From: Candidatus Velthaea sp. | GTDB lineage: Bacteria; Vulcanimicrobiota; Vulcanimicrobiia; Vulcanimicrobiales; Vulcanimicrobiaceae | Length of the DNA stretch: 64,000 nt | Reading direction: 5' to 3' | Assembly (NCBI GenBank): GCA_050012475.1 | Contig: JBEKHC010000007.1 | Span: forward strand, 1-64,000 | Shown: in pieces, positions 29,254-39,644 of the stretch | Position numbering within the stretch: position 1 is the stretch's first letter | How the letters are laid out: the number at the start of each line of letters is the position of its first letter | The notes under the pieces: generated by a model | Database searches by the model: none | What the model was told of the DNA's origin: nothing | Seen by the model: the letters and a program-made list of their open reading frames with translations, nothing else | Made by a program: the position numbers and the translations under genes

Positions 29254-29991
29254 GTGGCCTCGATCGACATCCTGGGCTGCCGGGTCGATGCGCTCGACCG
29301 AGCCGGCGCGGCAGCGCGCGTCGCCGCGTTGGCCAACGAACCCGGTCCTTCGCTGGTGGTGACGCTGGGCGTGGAGATGGTCATGCGCGCGCAGCGCGAT
29401 GCGGAATTCCGCGCGCTCATTAACGCCGCCGCGCTGAGCCTGTGCGATACGATCGGCTTGCTGTTGGCCTCGCGCGCCCGCCGGGGCCCGCTGCGCACCC
29501 GGGTGACCGGCGTGGAACTCGTGGTCGACCTCGCGGCCCGTTCGGCCCGGCTTCACGACGTCCGATTGTATTTTTTGGGCGCGAGCGGCGACACCGCGGC
29601 GCAGGCGGCGCGCGCGCTGGCCGATCGCTTTCCCGGTGCCGTCGTCGCGGGTGCGCGGAACGGCTATTTTTCCGAGGCAGAGAGCGCGGCGGTCGCCCAA
29701 GCCATCGCCGCATCCGGTGCGAACGTGCTGTGCCTGGGCCTGGGCAGCCCAGAGCAGGAGCGCTGGTTCGCCCACTACGGTGCGGCAACGGGCTGCGGTG
29801 CGGGCATCGGCGTCGGCGGTTCCTTCGACGTCTTGGCGGGAACCGTTCGCCGCGCGCCGCGCGTTATCCAAACGCTCGGGCTTGAATGGGCGTACCGCTT
29901 GGTGCGCGAACCACAGCGTTGGCGCCGGCAACTCGCGTTGCCGCAGTTCGTTGTCGCGGTGACGAGAGACATGGTCGCTCGTCGGAGGTAA
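29254..29991 (+). CDS. WecB/TagA/CpsF family glycosyltransferase
   Basis: ILG..VD, RVTGVEL, YFLG, GYF, GLGSP.QE.W, GVGGSFDV.AG.VRRAP, GLEW.YRL..EP.RWRR. Confidence 0.93.
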   Translation: MASIDILGCRVDALDRAGAAARVAALANEPGPSLVVTLGVEMVMRAQRDAEFRALINAAALSLCDTIGLLLASRARRGPLRTRVTGVELVVDLAARSARLHDVRLYFLGASGDTAAQAARALADRFPGAVVAGARNGYFSEAESAAVAQAIAASGANVLCLGLGSPEQERWFAHYGAATGCGAGIGVGGSFDVLAGTVRRAPRVIQTLGLEWAYRLVREPQRWRRQLALPQFVVAVTRDMVARRR

Positions 29992-30258
29992 AAGGAGGAT
30001 GGGACCCGGTCGAGCGAGCGGGGGTTCGCGGGTGCACGGGTAGGATGAGCAGCGACACGAACGGTGAGATCAACGACCCAAACGTGAAGAATCGCCCCCG
30101 ATTAGCCGACGAGAATTGTGTCGGTGGCCGATCGTGCCGCGCGGATTCTCCAACGAGTACGAAACCTTTCCCCAATTTTTCTGCCGCGGCGAGCTTGAGC
30201 CGGGGCCTCACGCCCCTAGCGTGAGGGGCACGCAGCGGATTTGGAGCGCCCTCGATAC

Positions 30259-31284
30259 ATGAAAGCAATGATCCTCGCCGGCGGCATGAGCACGCGTCTG
30301 TACCCGCTCACCCGGACGGTTCCCAAGCCGCTGGTTCCGGTCGTCGGCGAACCCGTTTCCGCTCATCTGCTGCGCTGGCTCAAATCCTTCGGCTACGACG
30401 AGATCGCGATCAACGTCCACTACCTAGCCGAGACGATTCAAGAGCGCTTCGGAGACGGGTCGGACTTCGGCGTCAAGCTGCACTACCTGTACGAGCCCAA
30501 GTTGATGGGCAGCGCGGGCGCGCTCAAAGCGCTCGAGGATTATTTCACCGAGCCCTTCGTCGTGGTCGGCTGCGATTGTCTGACCGACGCCAATCTCGAA
30601 TCGCTGGTCACGTTCCATCGCAAAGCCGGGGCACTGGCGACGATCGGGCTCGTCGAGGCGCAAGAAGTCGATCAATACGGCGTGGTGATCACCGATGCCA
30701 ACGGCCGCATCACCGATTTTCAAGAGAAGCCTCCCAAGGGGACCGAGCGCTCGAAGCTGGTGAACACCGGCATTTACGCGTTCACGCCCGGGATCTTCAA
30801 ATACATTCCGGCCGGCGAGTTCTACGATTTCGGTAAGCAAGTGTTTCCGGCGCTGCGGGCCGCCGACGCCGAGTTCTATGGCTTCCGCCTCAACGGCGCG
30901 TACTGGGCCGATATCGGCACGCCCGAAGAATACGTGCGGGCAACTGCCGACGCACTGGCGGGTCGCGTGCACTTGCGCGGGACCCGGGGTCGGGGCATCG
31001 CCGGCGACGCGCATCTGGGCGATGACGTTCGTATCGAAGGCGACGTCCGGATCGGTTCGGCAGCCCGGCTCGGCGCCCGGGTCCGGATCGTCGGACCCAG
31101 CGTTATTGGCGACGGCGTGACCGTCGGCGACGACGCGCGCTTGGAACGGACCATCGTGTGGGACAACGCCGAGGTTGGCGGCAGCGCCCAGCTGACTGAC
31201 AGCGTCGTCGGCATCGACTACCGGGTTCCGCCCGGCACGGTTTTGAACGACACGATCGTCGCCAACGAGCCCGTCGCCTCCTAA
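30259..31284 (+). CDS. second NDP-sugar synthase (nucleotidyltransferase plus beta-helix)
   Basis: MKAMILAGG..TRL.PLT..PKP, GSAG, YGVV, FQEKP, NTGIY, DFGK.VFP, YW.DIGT. Confidence 0.93.
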   Translation: MKAMILAGGMSTRLYPLTRTVPKPLVPVVGEPVSAHLLRWLKSFGYDEIAINVHYLAETIQERFGDGSDFGVKLHYLYEPKLMGSAGALKALEDYFTEPFVVVGCDCLTDANLESLVTFHRKAGALATIGLVEAQEVDQYGVVITDANGRITDFQEKPPKGTERSKLVNTGIYAFTPGIFKYIPAGEFYDFGKQVFPALRAADAEFYGFRLNGAYWADIGTPEEYVRATADALAGRVHLRGTRGRGIAGDAHLGDDVRIEGDVRIGSAARLGARVRIVGPSVIGDGVTVGDDARLERTIVWDNAEVGGSAQLTDSVVGIDYRVPPGTVLNDTIVANEPVAS

Positions 31285-31289
31285 CGTTG

Positions 31290-31390
31290 CGGCTCGGCGC
31301 GAAGCGCCGAACCCCACGGGCTCGGCTCGGCGCAGTCGGGGCCGCCCTTCAAACGCCGCGGCTCGGCGCGGTTCTTCGAACGCCGCCGCA
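31290..31390. repeat. REP-like GC-rich palindromes
   Basis: TCGGCGC-GAA-GCGCCGA (31294-31310). GGCTCGGCGC occurs three times. Confidence 0.5.
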
Positions 31391-31455
31391 GGTGGGAGCA
31401 GTCGAGCCTTGCTGCTGCCGCTAGGTGCTCGGGCCGCTCGGCGTGATGGGACGGC

Positions 31456-32154
31456 GTGTGGGAGCGCCTCCGGCGGTGGTTCTTTCCGGTCAGTTGCGTG
31501 GGCTGCGACGTCCCGGACGTGGCGCTGTGCCCAGCCTGCGCGCCGGCGCCCGCCCAGCGCGTAACGGGCGACGTTGCGAACGTCGCGGTCACCGCAGCGG
31601 GCAGCTACGACGGCGTGCTGAGGCGGGCGATCGTGGCGATGAAGCACGGCGAGCGCGCCTATCTCGACCCTTTCGCCGAGCTCATCGCGGGCTTGATCGC
31701 GCCGGGGGTTCCGCTCGTTCCGCTGCCGACGAGCCGGCGCCGTCGAGCCGCGCGCGGCTTCGACCAAGCCATCGAACTCGCGCGCCGGGCGGCCCTGCGC
31801 CGGCAGGCGCCCTGCTGCGACATCTTGCTCAAGCGCGGGAGCGCGCAGCGCGGTCTGAACCGCCGCGCGCGCCTCGCCGCCGGCGGGCGCTTTCACCTCA
31901 AAGCCGGCGCCGTCGCGCCCGAATTGGCCGTCGTCGTCGACGACGTTTGGACCACCGGCGCGACCCTGGCGGACGGCATCGCCGCGTTGCGCGCGGCCGG
32001 TGTCGCGGTCGTCGGCGCCGTGGTGCTCGCTCGAACCGCGCCCGGGCGGAACTCTCGCTTCGAGCGTGCGGTCTTGTCAGCGGATGGCGTCGAAGCGACG
32101 CCCGGCCGGCGAGGAGACCGACGCCCATGCAAGCCATTTGGAACGGACAAGTGA
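31456..32154 (+). CDS. comF: ComF family amidophosphoribosyltransferase-like protein
   Basis: FP..C.GC..LC..C zinc ribbon, VP.P, RGFDQ, Q.GL, VVDDV.TTGATL. Confidence 0.88.
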   Translation: MWERLRRWFFPVSCVGCDVPDVALCPACAPAPAQRVTGDVANVAVTAAGSYDGVLRRAIVAMKHGERAYLDPFAELIAGLIAPGVPLVPLPTSRRRRAARGFDQAIELARRAALRRQAPCCDILLKRGSAQRGLNRRARLAAGGRFHLKAGAVAPELAVVVDDVWTTGATLADGIAALRAAGVAVVGAVVLARTAPGRNSRFERAVLSADGVEATPGRRGDRRPCKPFGTDK

Positions 32155-32408
32155 TCGCCCAAAGCGACGCGACCGAGGTGGTCGAGGGAAACCACTATTT
32201 CCCCGTCGGGGCCATCAAGGGCGAGTTTTTTCGCCACAGCTCGACCCACAGCAACTGTCCGTGGAAAGGCGTCGCCAGCTACTACACGCTGGAAGTCGAT
32301 GGAAAAGCCAACCCCGACGCAGCGTGGTATTATCCCGACCCCAAACCCGCGGCGAAGAATATCGCCGGCCATATCGCGTTTTGGAAAGGCGTCGAGGTCA
32401 AGCCATAG
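32127..32408 (+). CDS. DUF427 family protein
   Basis: GAGGAG RBS. A.WNG.VIA.SD..VEGNHYFP, CPWKG.ASYY, AAWYYP.PK, IAFWKGV. Confidence 0.93.
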   Translation: MQAIWNGQVIAQSDATEVVEGNHYFPVGAIKGEFFRHSSTHSNCPWKGVASYYTLEVDGKANPDAAWYYPDPKPAAKNIAGHIAFWKGVEVKP

Positions 32409-33520
32409 AGCTCGAACGAGCTTATCTCGCGCGAGCGTATGAACTCGCGGCGCGTGCGATCGCCGACGCATCGCCGAATCCGCCGGTCGGTGCGGTCGTC
32501 GTCCGTGATGGCCGAACGTTGGGCGAGGGCTATCACCATCGCTGCGGCGAGCCGCACGCGGAAGTCGAAGCCTTGCTTGCCGCGCGCGCCGGCGGTGCCG
32601 ACGTTCGCGGCGCAACCCTGTACGTCTCGCTCGAGCCGTGCGACCATCACGGCCGGACCGGGCCTTGCACGCAGGCGATCCTCGCTGCCGGCATCGCGCG
32701 CGTCGTCGCCGGCACGCTCGATCCCAACGCGGTCGCGGGCGGCGGTGCCGCTCGTTTGCGCGCGGCAGGCGTCGCGGTCGACGTCGTCGACGATTCTGCG
32801 GCGCGTGCGCTCATCGAGCGCTTCGCCTTCGCAACCGCGCACGCGATCCCGTTCGTCACGCTCAAGATGGCGATGTCGCTCGACGGCGCGATCGCTCCCC
32901 GCCCCTGCGGCAACTACGCCGTGTCGGGCGCGCCCGCGCGCGAGCTCGTTCGCGATTTGCGCTATGAGTACGACGCGGTGATGGTCGGAGCGGGCACGAT
33001 TCGCGCCGACGACGCGCAGCTGACGGTCCGCCCGCACCGCACCCGGCGCAAACCGTACGTGCGCGTCGTCGTGTGCGAAAACGACGCCGTGCCGGCGCAC
33101 AGCCGCGTGTTCGCCGCCCCGCCCGACGCCCCGGCCGGTGCTTACGCGCCGACGATCGTGCTGGCTCCGGCGGGGATTCGCGAACGTTTCACGGCGCTCG
33201 AGACGATCGCGGACGTCGTGTACGTCGGGCCGTCCGCTGCGCGCACGCTCGATCTCGCCGCGGCGCTGCGGGCGCTGCGCGAACGCGACCTGTGCAGCGT
33301 TCTGTGTGAAGGCGGTCCGACGCTGGGGGGCCGGCTGCTCGAAGCGCACCTGGTCGCGCGCATCGTGTGGTTCATCGCGCCGCGCTTTCTTCAAACACCG
33401 CAGGCGGTGCCGGTGCTCGCCGGCGCCGATCTCACGCGCGCGTTCGACGGGTGGCGCTTCGATCGGGTCGAACGCGTCGGCAACGACATGCTAGTGAGTG
33501 CTCGAGTCGATCGTGTTTAG
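32405..33520 (+). CDS. ribD: bifunctional riboflavin deaminase/reductase; start uncertain (ATA 32405 or TTG 32381)
   Basis: PNPPVGAV, HAE, LYVSLEPC.H.GRTGPC, K.A.SLDG, VG.GT..DD, EGG..L. Confidence 0.93.
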   Translation: MELERAYLARAYELAARAIADASPNPPVGAVVVRDGRTLGEGYHHRCGEPHAEVEALLAARAGGADVRGATLYVSLEPCDHHGRTGPCTQAILAAGIARVVAGTLDPNAVAGGGAARLRAAGVAVDVVDDSAARALIERFAFATAHAIPFVTLKMAMSLDGAIAPRPCGNYAVSGAPARELVRDLRYEYDAVMVGAGTIRADDAQLTVRPHRTRRKPYVRVVVCENDAVPAHSRVFAAPPDAPAGAYAPTIVLAPAGIRERFTALETIADVVYVGPSAARTLDLAAALRALRERDLCSVLCEGGPTLGGRLLEAHLVARIVWFIAPRFLQTPQAVPVLAGADLTRAFDGWRFDRVERVGNDMLVSARVDRV

Positions 33521-34157
33521 CGGGTTAATCGCGTATCTCGGCCACGTTCGGCGGGTCGACGGCGATCGTCGCACCGGAATGCGGCTGGTGATCGACGCGC
33601 CCGAAGCGACGGCCGAGGGCGTCGCGATCAAAGATTCCATCGCAGTGAACGGCGTATGTCTGACTGCGGTTGCCGTCGACGGCGTGGCGGTCAGCTTCGA
33701 CGTCGTGCCCGAAACCGTCCATCGCACGACGTTCGGCACGCTGCGCGCCGGCGATCCGGTCAACCTCGAACTCTCGCTGCGGCTCGGCGACCGGCTCGGC
33801 GGCCACTTCGTTTACGGCCACATCGACGCCACCGCGCAGATTCTGGACAAACGGCCCGAAGGGCAGGGCGACCGGCTCACGATCGCCACGCCGGCCGCGC
33901 TCGACGCCATGATCGTCGAGAAGGGCTATCTCGCCGTCGACGGGGTGAGCCTGACGGTCGCGTCGGTGGCACCGGGCCGGTTTACGATCGCGCTCATCCC
34001 CGAGACCGCGAAGCGCACGACCCTGGGAACCAAAAGCGTCGGCGGCCAGGTCAACCTAGAAATCGACCCGATCGCACGCTATGCGCAAGCCGCGATCGCG
34101 GCCTACGCGCAAAACGGCGCGACGAACGACGAACTCGCTTGGGCGTATGAGATTTAG
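33513..34157 (+). CDS. ribE: riboflavin synthase
   Basis: MFSGLI, SIAVNGVCLT, VNLE, RLGGH.V.GHID, KG..AVDGVSLTV, IPET, VNLE.D. Confidence 0.96.
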   Translation: MFSGLIAYLGHVRRVDGDRRTGMRLVIDAPEATAEGVAIKDSIAVNGVCLTAVAVDGVAVSFDVVPETVHRTTFGTLRAGDPVNLELSLRLGDRLGGHFVYGHIDATAQILDKRPEGQGDRLTIATPAALDAMIVEKGYLAVDGVSLTVASVAPGRFTIALIPETAKRTTLGTKSVGGQVNLEIDPIARYAQAAIAAYAQNGATNDELAWAYEI

Positions 34158-34171
34158 TCGGGCGGCGCGCC

Positions 34172-34648
34172 GTGAACGACGGTGAACTGCGCCCGGCCGC
34201 GGCTACGGGCATCCGCGTCCGCGATCGGGTCAGGTGGAGTGACATCGACATGATGGGCGTCATGTACTTCGGACGCTACGTGCGCTTTGCGGAAATGGCC
34301 GAGGCGGAATTTTTCCGCGCGATCGGCTACTCGTATGACGAGTTGCATGCGCAGTACGCGATCTGGCTGGCACGGATCCATCTCGACATCGATTTCCGCT
34401 CACCAGCCCGGCTCGATGATGAAGTGGAATGCCGCGCCCAACTCATCAAAGTCGGCGCGTCGTCGATGCACTTCAATTTTCCGGTCGAGCGCGCGAGCGA
34501 CGGCACCCGGCTCGCCGACATCGGCTTGGTGATCGCTTCGCTCGACGCCGTCACGTTGAAGACCACGCGCACACCCGCCGCCTTGCGCGATCGACTGCGG
34601 CCGCACGTCGCAGCGCACGCGCGGCAAGAAGCTGCGGGTTCGCCGTGA
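34172..34648 (+). CDS. hotdog-fold acyl-CoA thioesterase (YbgC/4HBT family)
   Basis: RVRWSDIDMMGVMYFGRY..E, F.SPARLDD. Confidence 0.88.
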   Translation: MNDGELRPAAATGIRVRDRVRWSDIDMMGVMYFGRYVRFAEMAEAEFFRAIGYSYDELHAQYAIWLARIHLDIDFRSPARLDDEVECRAQLIKVGASSMHFNFPVERASDGTRLADIGLVIASLDAVTLKTTRTPAALRDRLRPHVAAHARQEAAGSP

Positions 34649-36141
34649 ATGGAACACTGTTGGAAACGCAGGACATCATCGCGGCGATGCGCAGCTGGAT
34701 CGAAACCGTTGCCGTCGTTCCGCCCGCCTATGATCGCTACGCGCCGTTGGTTACCGATGGGCTGCTGTATTTTTTGGCCCGGCTGCCGGCGGCGCGTTTG
34801 GAAGCGATCGTCGCCGATCAAATGCTGCTCGCCCCCGATGCTTCGGCGGACGAACGGCTCATCGCCGTACTGCGCCAGTGTCCGACGCTGCACAAGCTCG
34901 GCCAGGTCGTGGCCCGTCAGGATGGCTTGCCGCTCGAGCTCCGGGTGCGGTTGCAGGCGCTCGAATCACTTGCGCCGCCCCCCGGCGGTTATGATTTTGA
35001 CGCGCTCGTCGCGCGTGAACTCGGCAGCGTCAGCGGTTTGACGGTCTCCAAGGCGACGCTGGCCGAAGGCAGCGTGGCCTTCGTCGTTCCGTTCGAATGG
35101 CGCTCGGCGCCCGGCGCGGCCCCGCGGCGCGGCGTTTTCAAGGCGCTCAAGCCGGAAGCCGAAGCGCGGCTGCTCGAAGATCTGGCGATTTGGCCCGACT
35201 TGGGGGACTACCTCGAAGTGCGCAGCGTGGAGCTGGGACTCGAGACGCTGGATTTTCGTTCGTTGCTCGACGGGGTCGCGCGCTTGCTCAGCAACGAGAT
35301 TCGGCTCGACCGGGAGCAGGAACGGCTCGAACAAGCGCGGCGCTTCTACGCCGACTCACCCGACGTCGTGATTCCCGAGCTCTTTCCGTTTTGCACGCCG
35401 CGGCTGACCGCGATGCAGCGGATCGACGGCGTGAAGGTGACCGATCCATCCGTCCCGCCAGCCAAGCGGCGGCGCCTCGCGCAAACGATCGTGGCAGCGC
35501 TGTTGGCCAAGCCATTTTGGACGGCTGCTGCCGCCCAACCATTTTTCCATGCCGACCCGCACGCCGGAAACCTGTTCGCGATGCCCGACGGCAAGCTCGC
35601 CATCTTCGATTGGGCGCTCACGACCCAGCTCACCAGCGCCGAATTGGCGGCCGTCGTCCAAGCCTTGCTCTGCGCCGCGGCACTCGACGAGCCCGGCGTC
35701 ATCGGCGCGCTGGTCAAATTGGGTGCCCTCAAGCGCGAACCCGATTTGCGCACGGCGGTCGGTCGTGCGCTGGCTGACGTTCGCCACGGGAGCTTTCCGG
35801 GCTTCGCCTGGCTGACGCCCTTGCTCGACGATCTGGGCCGATCGGGGGCGCTTGCGTTTCCCGAGGAAACCGCGCTGTTCCGCAAGTCGCTGTTGACCCT
35901 CACCGGGGTCATTCGCGACGTCTGGCCCCATGCGTCGATCGACGAAGTGCTCCTGGCCAGCGGCGGCCGTCAATTCGTCGCCGAGTCGTGGCTTCGCCCG
36001 CTGGCGCCCCTCGAGTCGCGGATTTTCGGGACGCATCTCTCGAGCGAGGACCTGCTGCGCCTGCTTAGCACGTTTGCTTGGACGCCGGCCCGCTATCTGC
36101 TTGGTACCTATCGCGATTCGCTGAGAACGAGCGCGCCCTAG
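34645..36141 (+). CDS. AarF/UbiB/ABC1 family atypical kinase
   Basis: PTLHKLGQ..A, L..L, LAEGSVA.V, VFK..KP, E..L.RE, FHADPHAGNL, DW.L. GTGA overlap with the thioesterase. Confidence 0.88.
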   Translation: MNGTLLETQDIIAAMRSWIETVAVVPPAYDRYAPLVTDGLLYFLARLPAARLEAIVADQMLLAPDASADERLIAVLRQCPTLHKLGQVVARQDGLPLELRVRLQALESLAPPPGGYDFDALVARELGSVSGLTVSKATLAEGSVAFVVPFEWRSAPGAAPRRGVFKALKPEAEARLLEDLAIWPDLGDYLEVRSVELGLETLDFRSLLDGVARLLSNEIRLDREQERLEQARRFYADSPDVVIPELFPFCTPRLTAMQRIDGVKVTDPSVPPAKRRRLAQTIVAALLAKPFWTAAAAQPFFHADPHAGNLFAMPDGKLAIFDWALTTQLTSAELAAVVQALLCAAALDEPGVIGALVKLGALKREPDLRTAVGRALADVRHGSFPGFAWLTPLLDDLGRSGALAFPEETALFRKSLLTLTGVIRDVWPHASIDEVLLASGGRQFVAESWLRPLAPLESRIFGTHLSSEDLLRLLSTFAWTPARYLLGTYRDSLRTSAP

Positions 36142-36319
36142 GGGCATTCGCCGAACGGCGACGGCTTGATTGGCCTGCCGCCGGAGCCTGATTGGATCGG
36201 TCGGCGAACTCAGTTTTCTCCCCTTTTCCGCCGATAATGTCGATTGACCGGCGATAAAAGGAGCCGGCAAACGGGCGTTTCTTCCCCTTGATCGGCAGTG
36301 AGCTTGGTAAACCTTGCAA

Positions 36320-36438
36320 AAAGTGGAACACTTTACGCTTTGGTACGCGTTATGCTGTGTAAGCCAACCGATAGAGCAATGAGAATCCCCCTCATACGGA
36401 AATCGGTCGGCCCAGTGCCGCTGAGTTGGCCCTTACAC
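36320..36438 (+). promoter_or_regulatory. dyad AAAGTG-GAA-CACTTT, -10-like TATGCT and a structured leader upstream of GNAT
   Basis: Dyad at 36320-36334, TATGCT at 36351-36356, nested stems at 36357-36438. Confidence 0.45.
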
Positions 36439-36505
36439 GTAGACCGAGAAACGAAGTGAACGGCTGAAGAGTGGGGTAGCACCATCGAAGCGGAGTTGAT
36501 CAATC

Positions 36506-37057
36506 GTGGCAAAGCTTGAACCCAAACCTAGCGGCGTCGCACCGGGCGAGCCTCTTCCAACGCCCACAATTTCGTGTTGTACCGCGCGTCCGCCATCTTG
36601 CCCGCAAATTCGGCCGATCGCGCCGACGGACTCGGATTCGTACCGGAGCATCCTCGAGCGGACGACGCCCGAAGATCTGTATTGCCGGTTCTTCCATGTG
36701 GTCGATCAAGCCGAACTCGACGACGTCAAGCCGTTCGTCGAGCTGCGCCCGGACACGATCGGCTTCATCGCCGAATACGAGTCCAAACCGCTGGGCGTCG
36801 CGCACGCCTTCCTCTCGCCCAACCGTGCCGAAGCCGAGATCGCGATCGTCGTCGCCCGGGATGCCCGGCGCTGCGACGTCGGGCACGCGCTGCTCGAGCG
36901 GCTCATCGACGAGCTGCGTGCGCGCAAATGCCGCGTCGTTTCGGCCTATTCGCTGTCCGGCAACAGTGCGTTTTCCCATCTCGCCCGTTCGGTCGGGATG
37001 CGTCCGATCGGGCCGCCGAGCGATGTCATGACCTGGACCTTGGCCGCCTCCGCCTAA
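36506..37057 (+). CDS. GNAT acetyltransferase resembling the GNAT domain of Pat/PatZ protein acetyltransferases
   Basis: IRPI.P.D, PEDLY.RFF, AEIAIVV, G..LL..LI, N.A...LAR.VG. Confidence 0.85.
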   Translation: MAKLEPKPSGVAPGEPLPTPTISCCTARPPSCPQIRPIAPTDSDSYRSILERTTPEDLYCRFFHVVDQAELDDVKPFVELRPDTIGFIAEYESKPLGVAHAFLSPNRAEAEIAIVVARDARRCDVGHALLERLIDELRARKCRVVSAYSLSGNSAFSHLARSVGMRPIGPPSDVMTWTLAASA

Positions 37058-37188
37058 AGGGCGCGCGACCCCGGGGCCGTTGCGGCAGTCATCGCCGATC
37101 GCCCGTAGCCAACAACTCGAACGACGTTCGCCCCTCGGCGGACGTCGTTTTCGTATGACCGCCGTTAGCCGCGGCTTACGCCAGTTGG

Positions 37189-37224
37189 GCGGTTTGCCCC
37201 TATTCAGCGGTTTGGCCCTATTCA
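37189..37224. repeat. 18-bp tandem repeat GCGGTTTG(C/G)CCCTATTCA x2 upstream of acs
   Basis: Read directly from the sequence; one mismatch between the copies. Confidence 0.85.
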
Positions 37225-37414
37225 AATGAAGCGTCAATTTCATACCACGGCGAACGCGTTCGTGCTTTGTCGCACCGTTTGGCGACCGTCGGCGCAACCT
37301 AGGGAGGAACCAAGCACGATGGAAGAAATGTCTCTCATCCGCTGCACCTGCTAGTTGCTGCGCCCGCAAACATTTCGTTTCTTCTCCCCGCCAATTATGA
37401 GGGAACTCGTCAAG

Positions 37415-39379
<1,965 letters not shown>

Positions 39380-39420
39380 GAGCAGCTCGTCGGGTTTACC
39401 CGACGGGCGACGATAGGATG

Positions 39421-39644
39421 GGTGCCCTCGGCTCCGCTCGGTACACCGGGCGGCTCGGGGGTAGCCCGAACACGGCGGATCGACGAAGTCGATCCCCTCG
39501 ATCCGGCAACAAGTCGGGGGCCGCAGAACAGCACTGCGGCCCCCAGCTTCCCGGCTCTGCGCTTCAAGCGCCGCGCCGGAGCTGCAGAACGGCTCAGCGG
39601 CCCCCAGCTTTCCGGCTCTGCGCTTGAAGTGCCGCGCCGGAGCT
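39421..39644. repeat. intergenic palindrome array including a 61-bp tandem repeat x2 (REP/BIME-like)
   Basis: GGATCGAC-GAA-GTCGATCC (39477-39495) and GGGGGCCGCAG..CTGCGGCCCCC (39516-39544). Units 39523-39583 and 39584-39644 each carry an AGCT.CCGGC..GCCGGAGCT stem. Confidence 0.85.
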
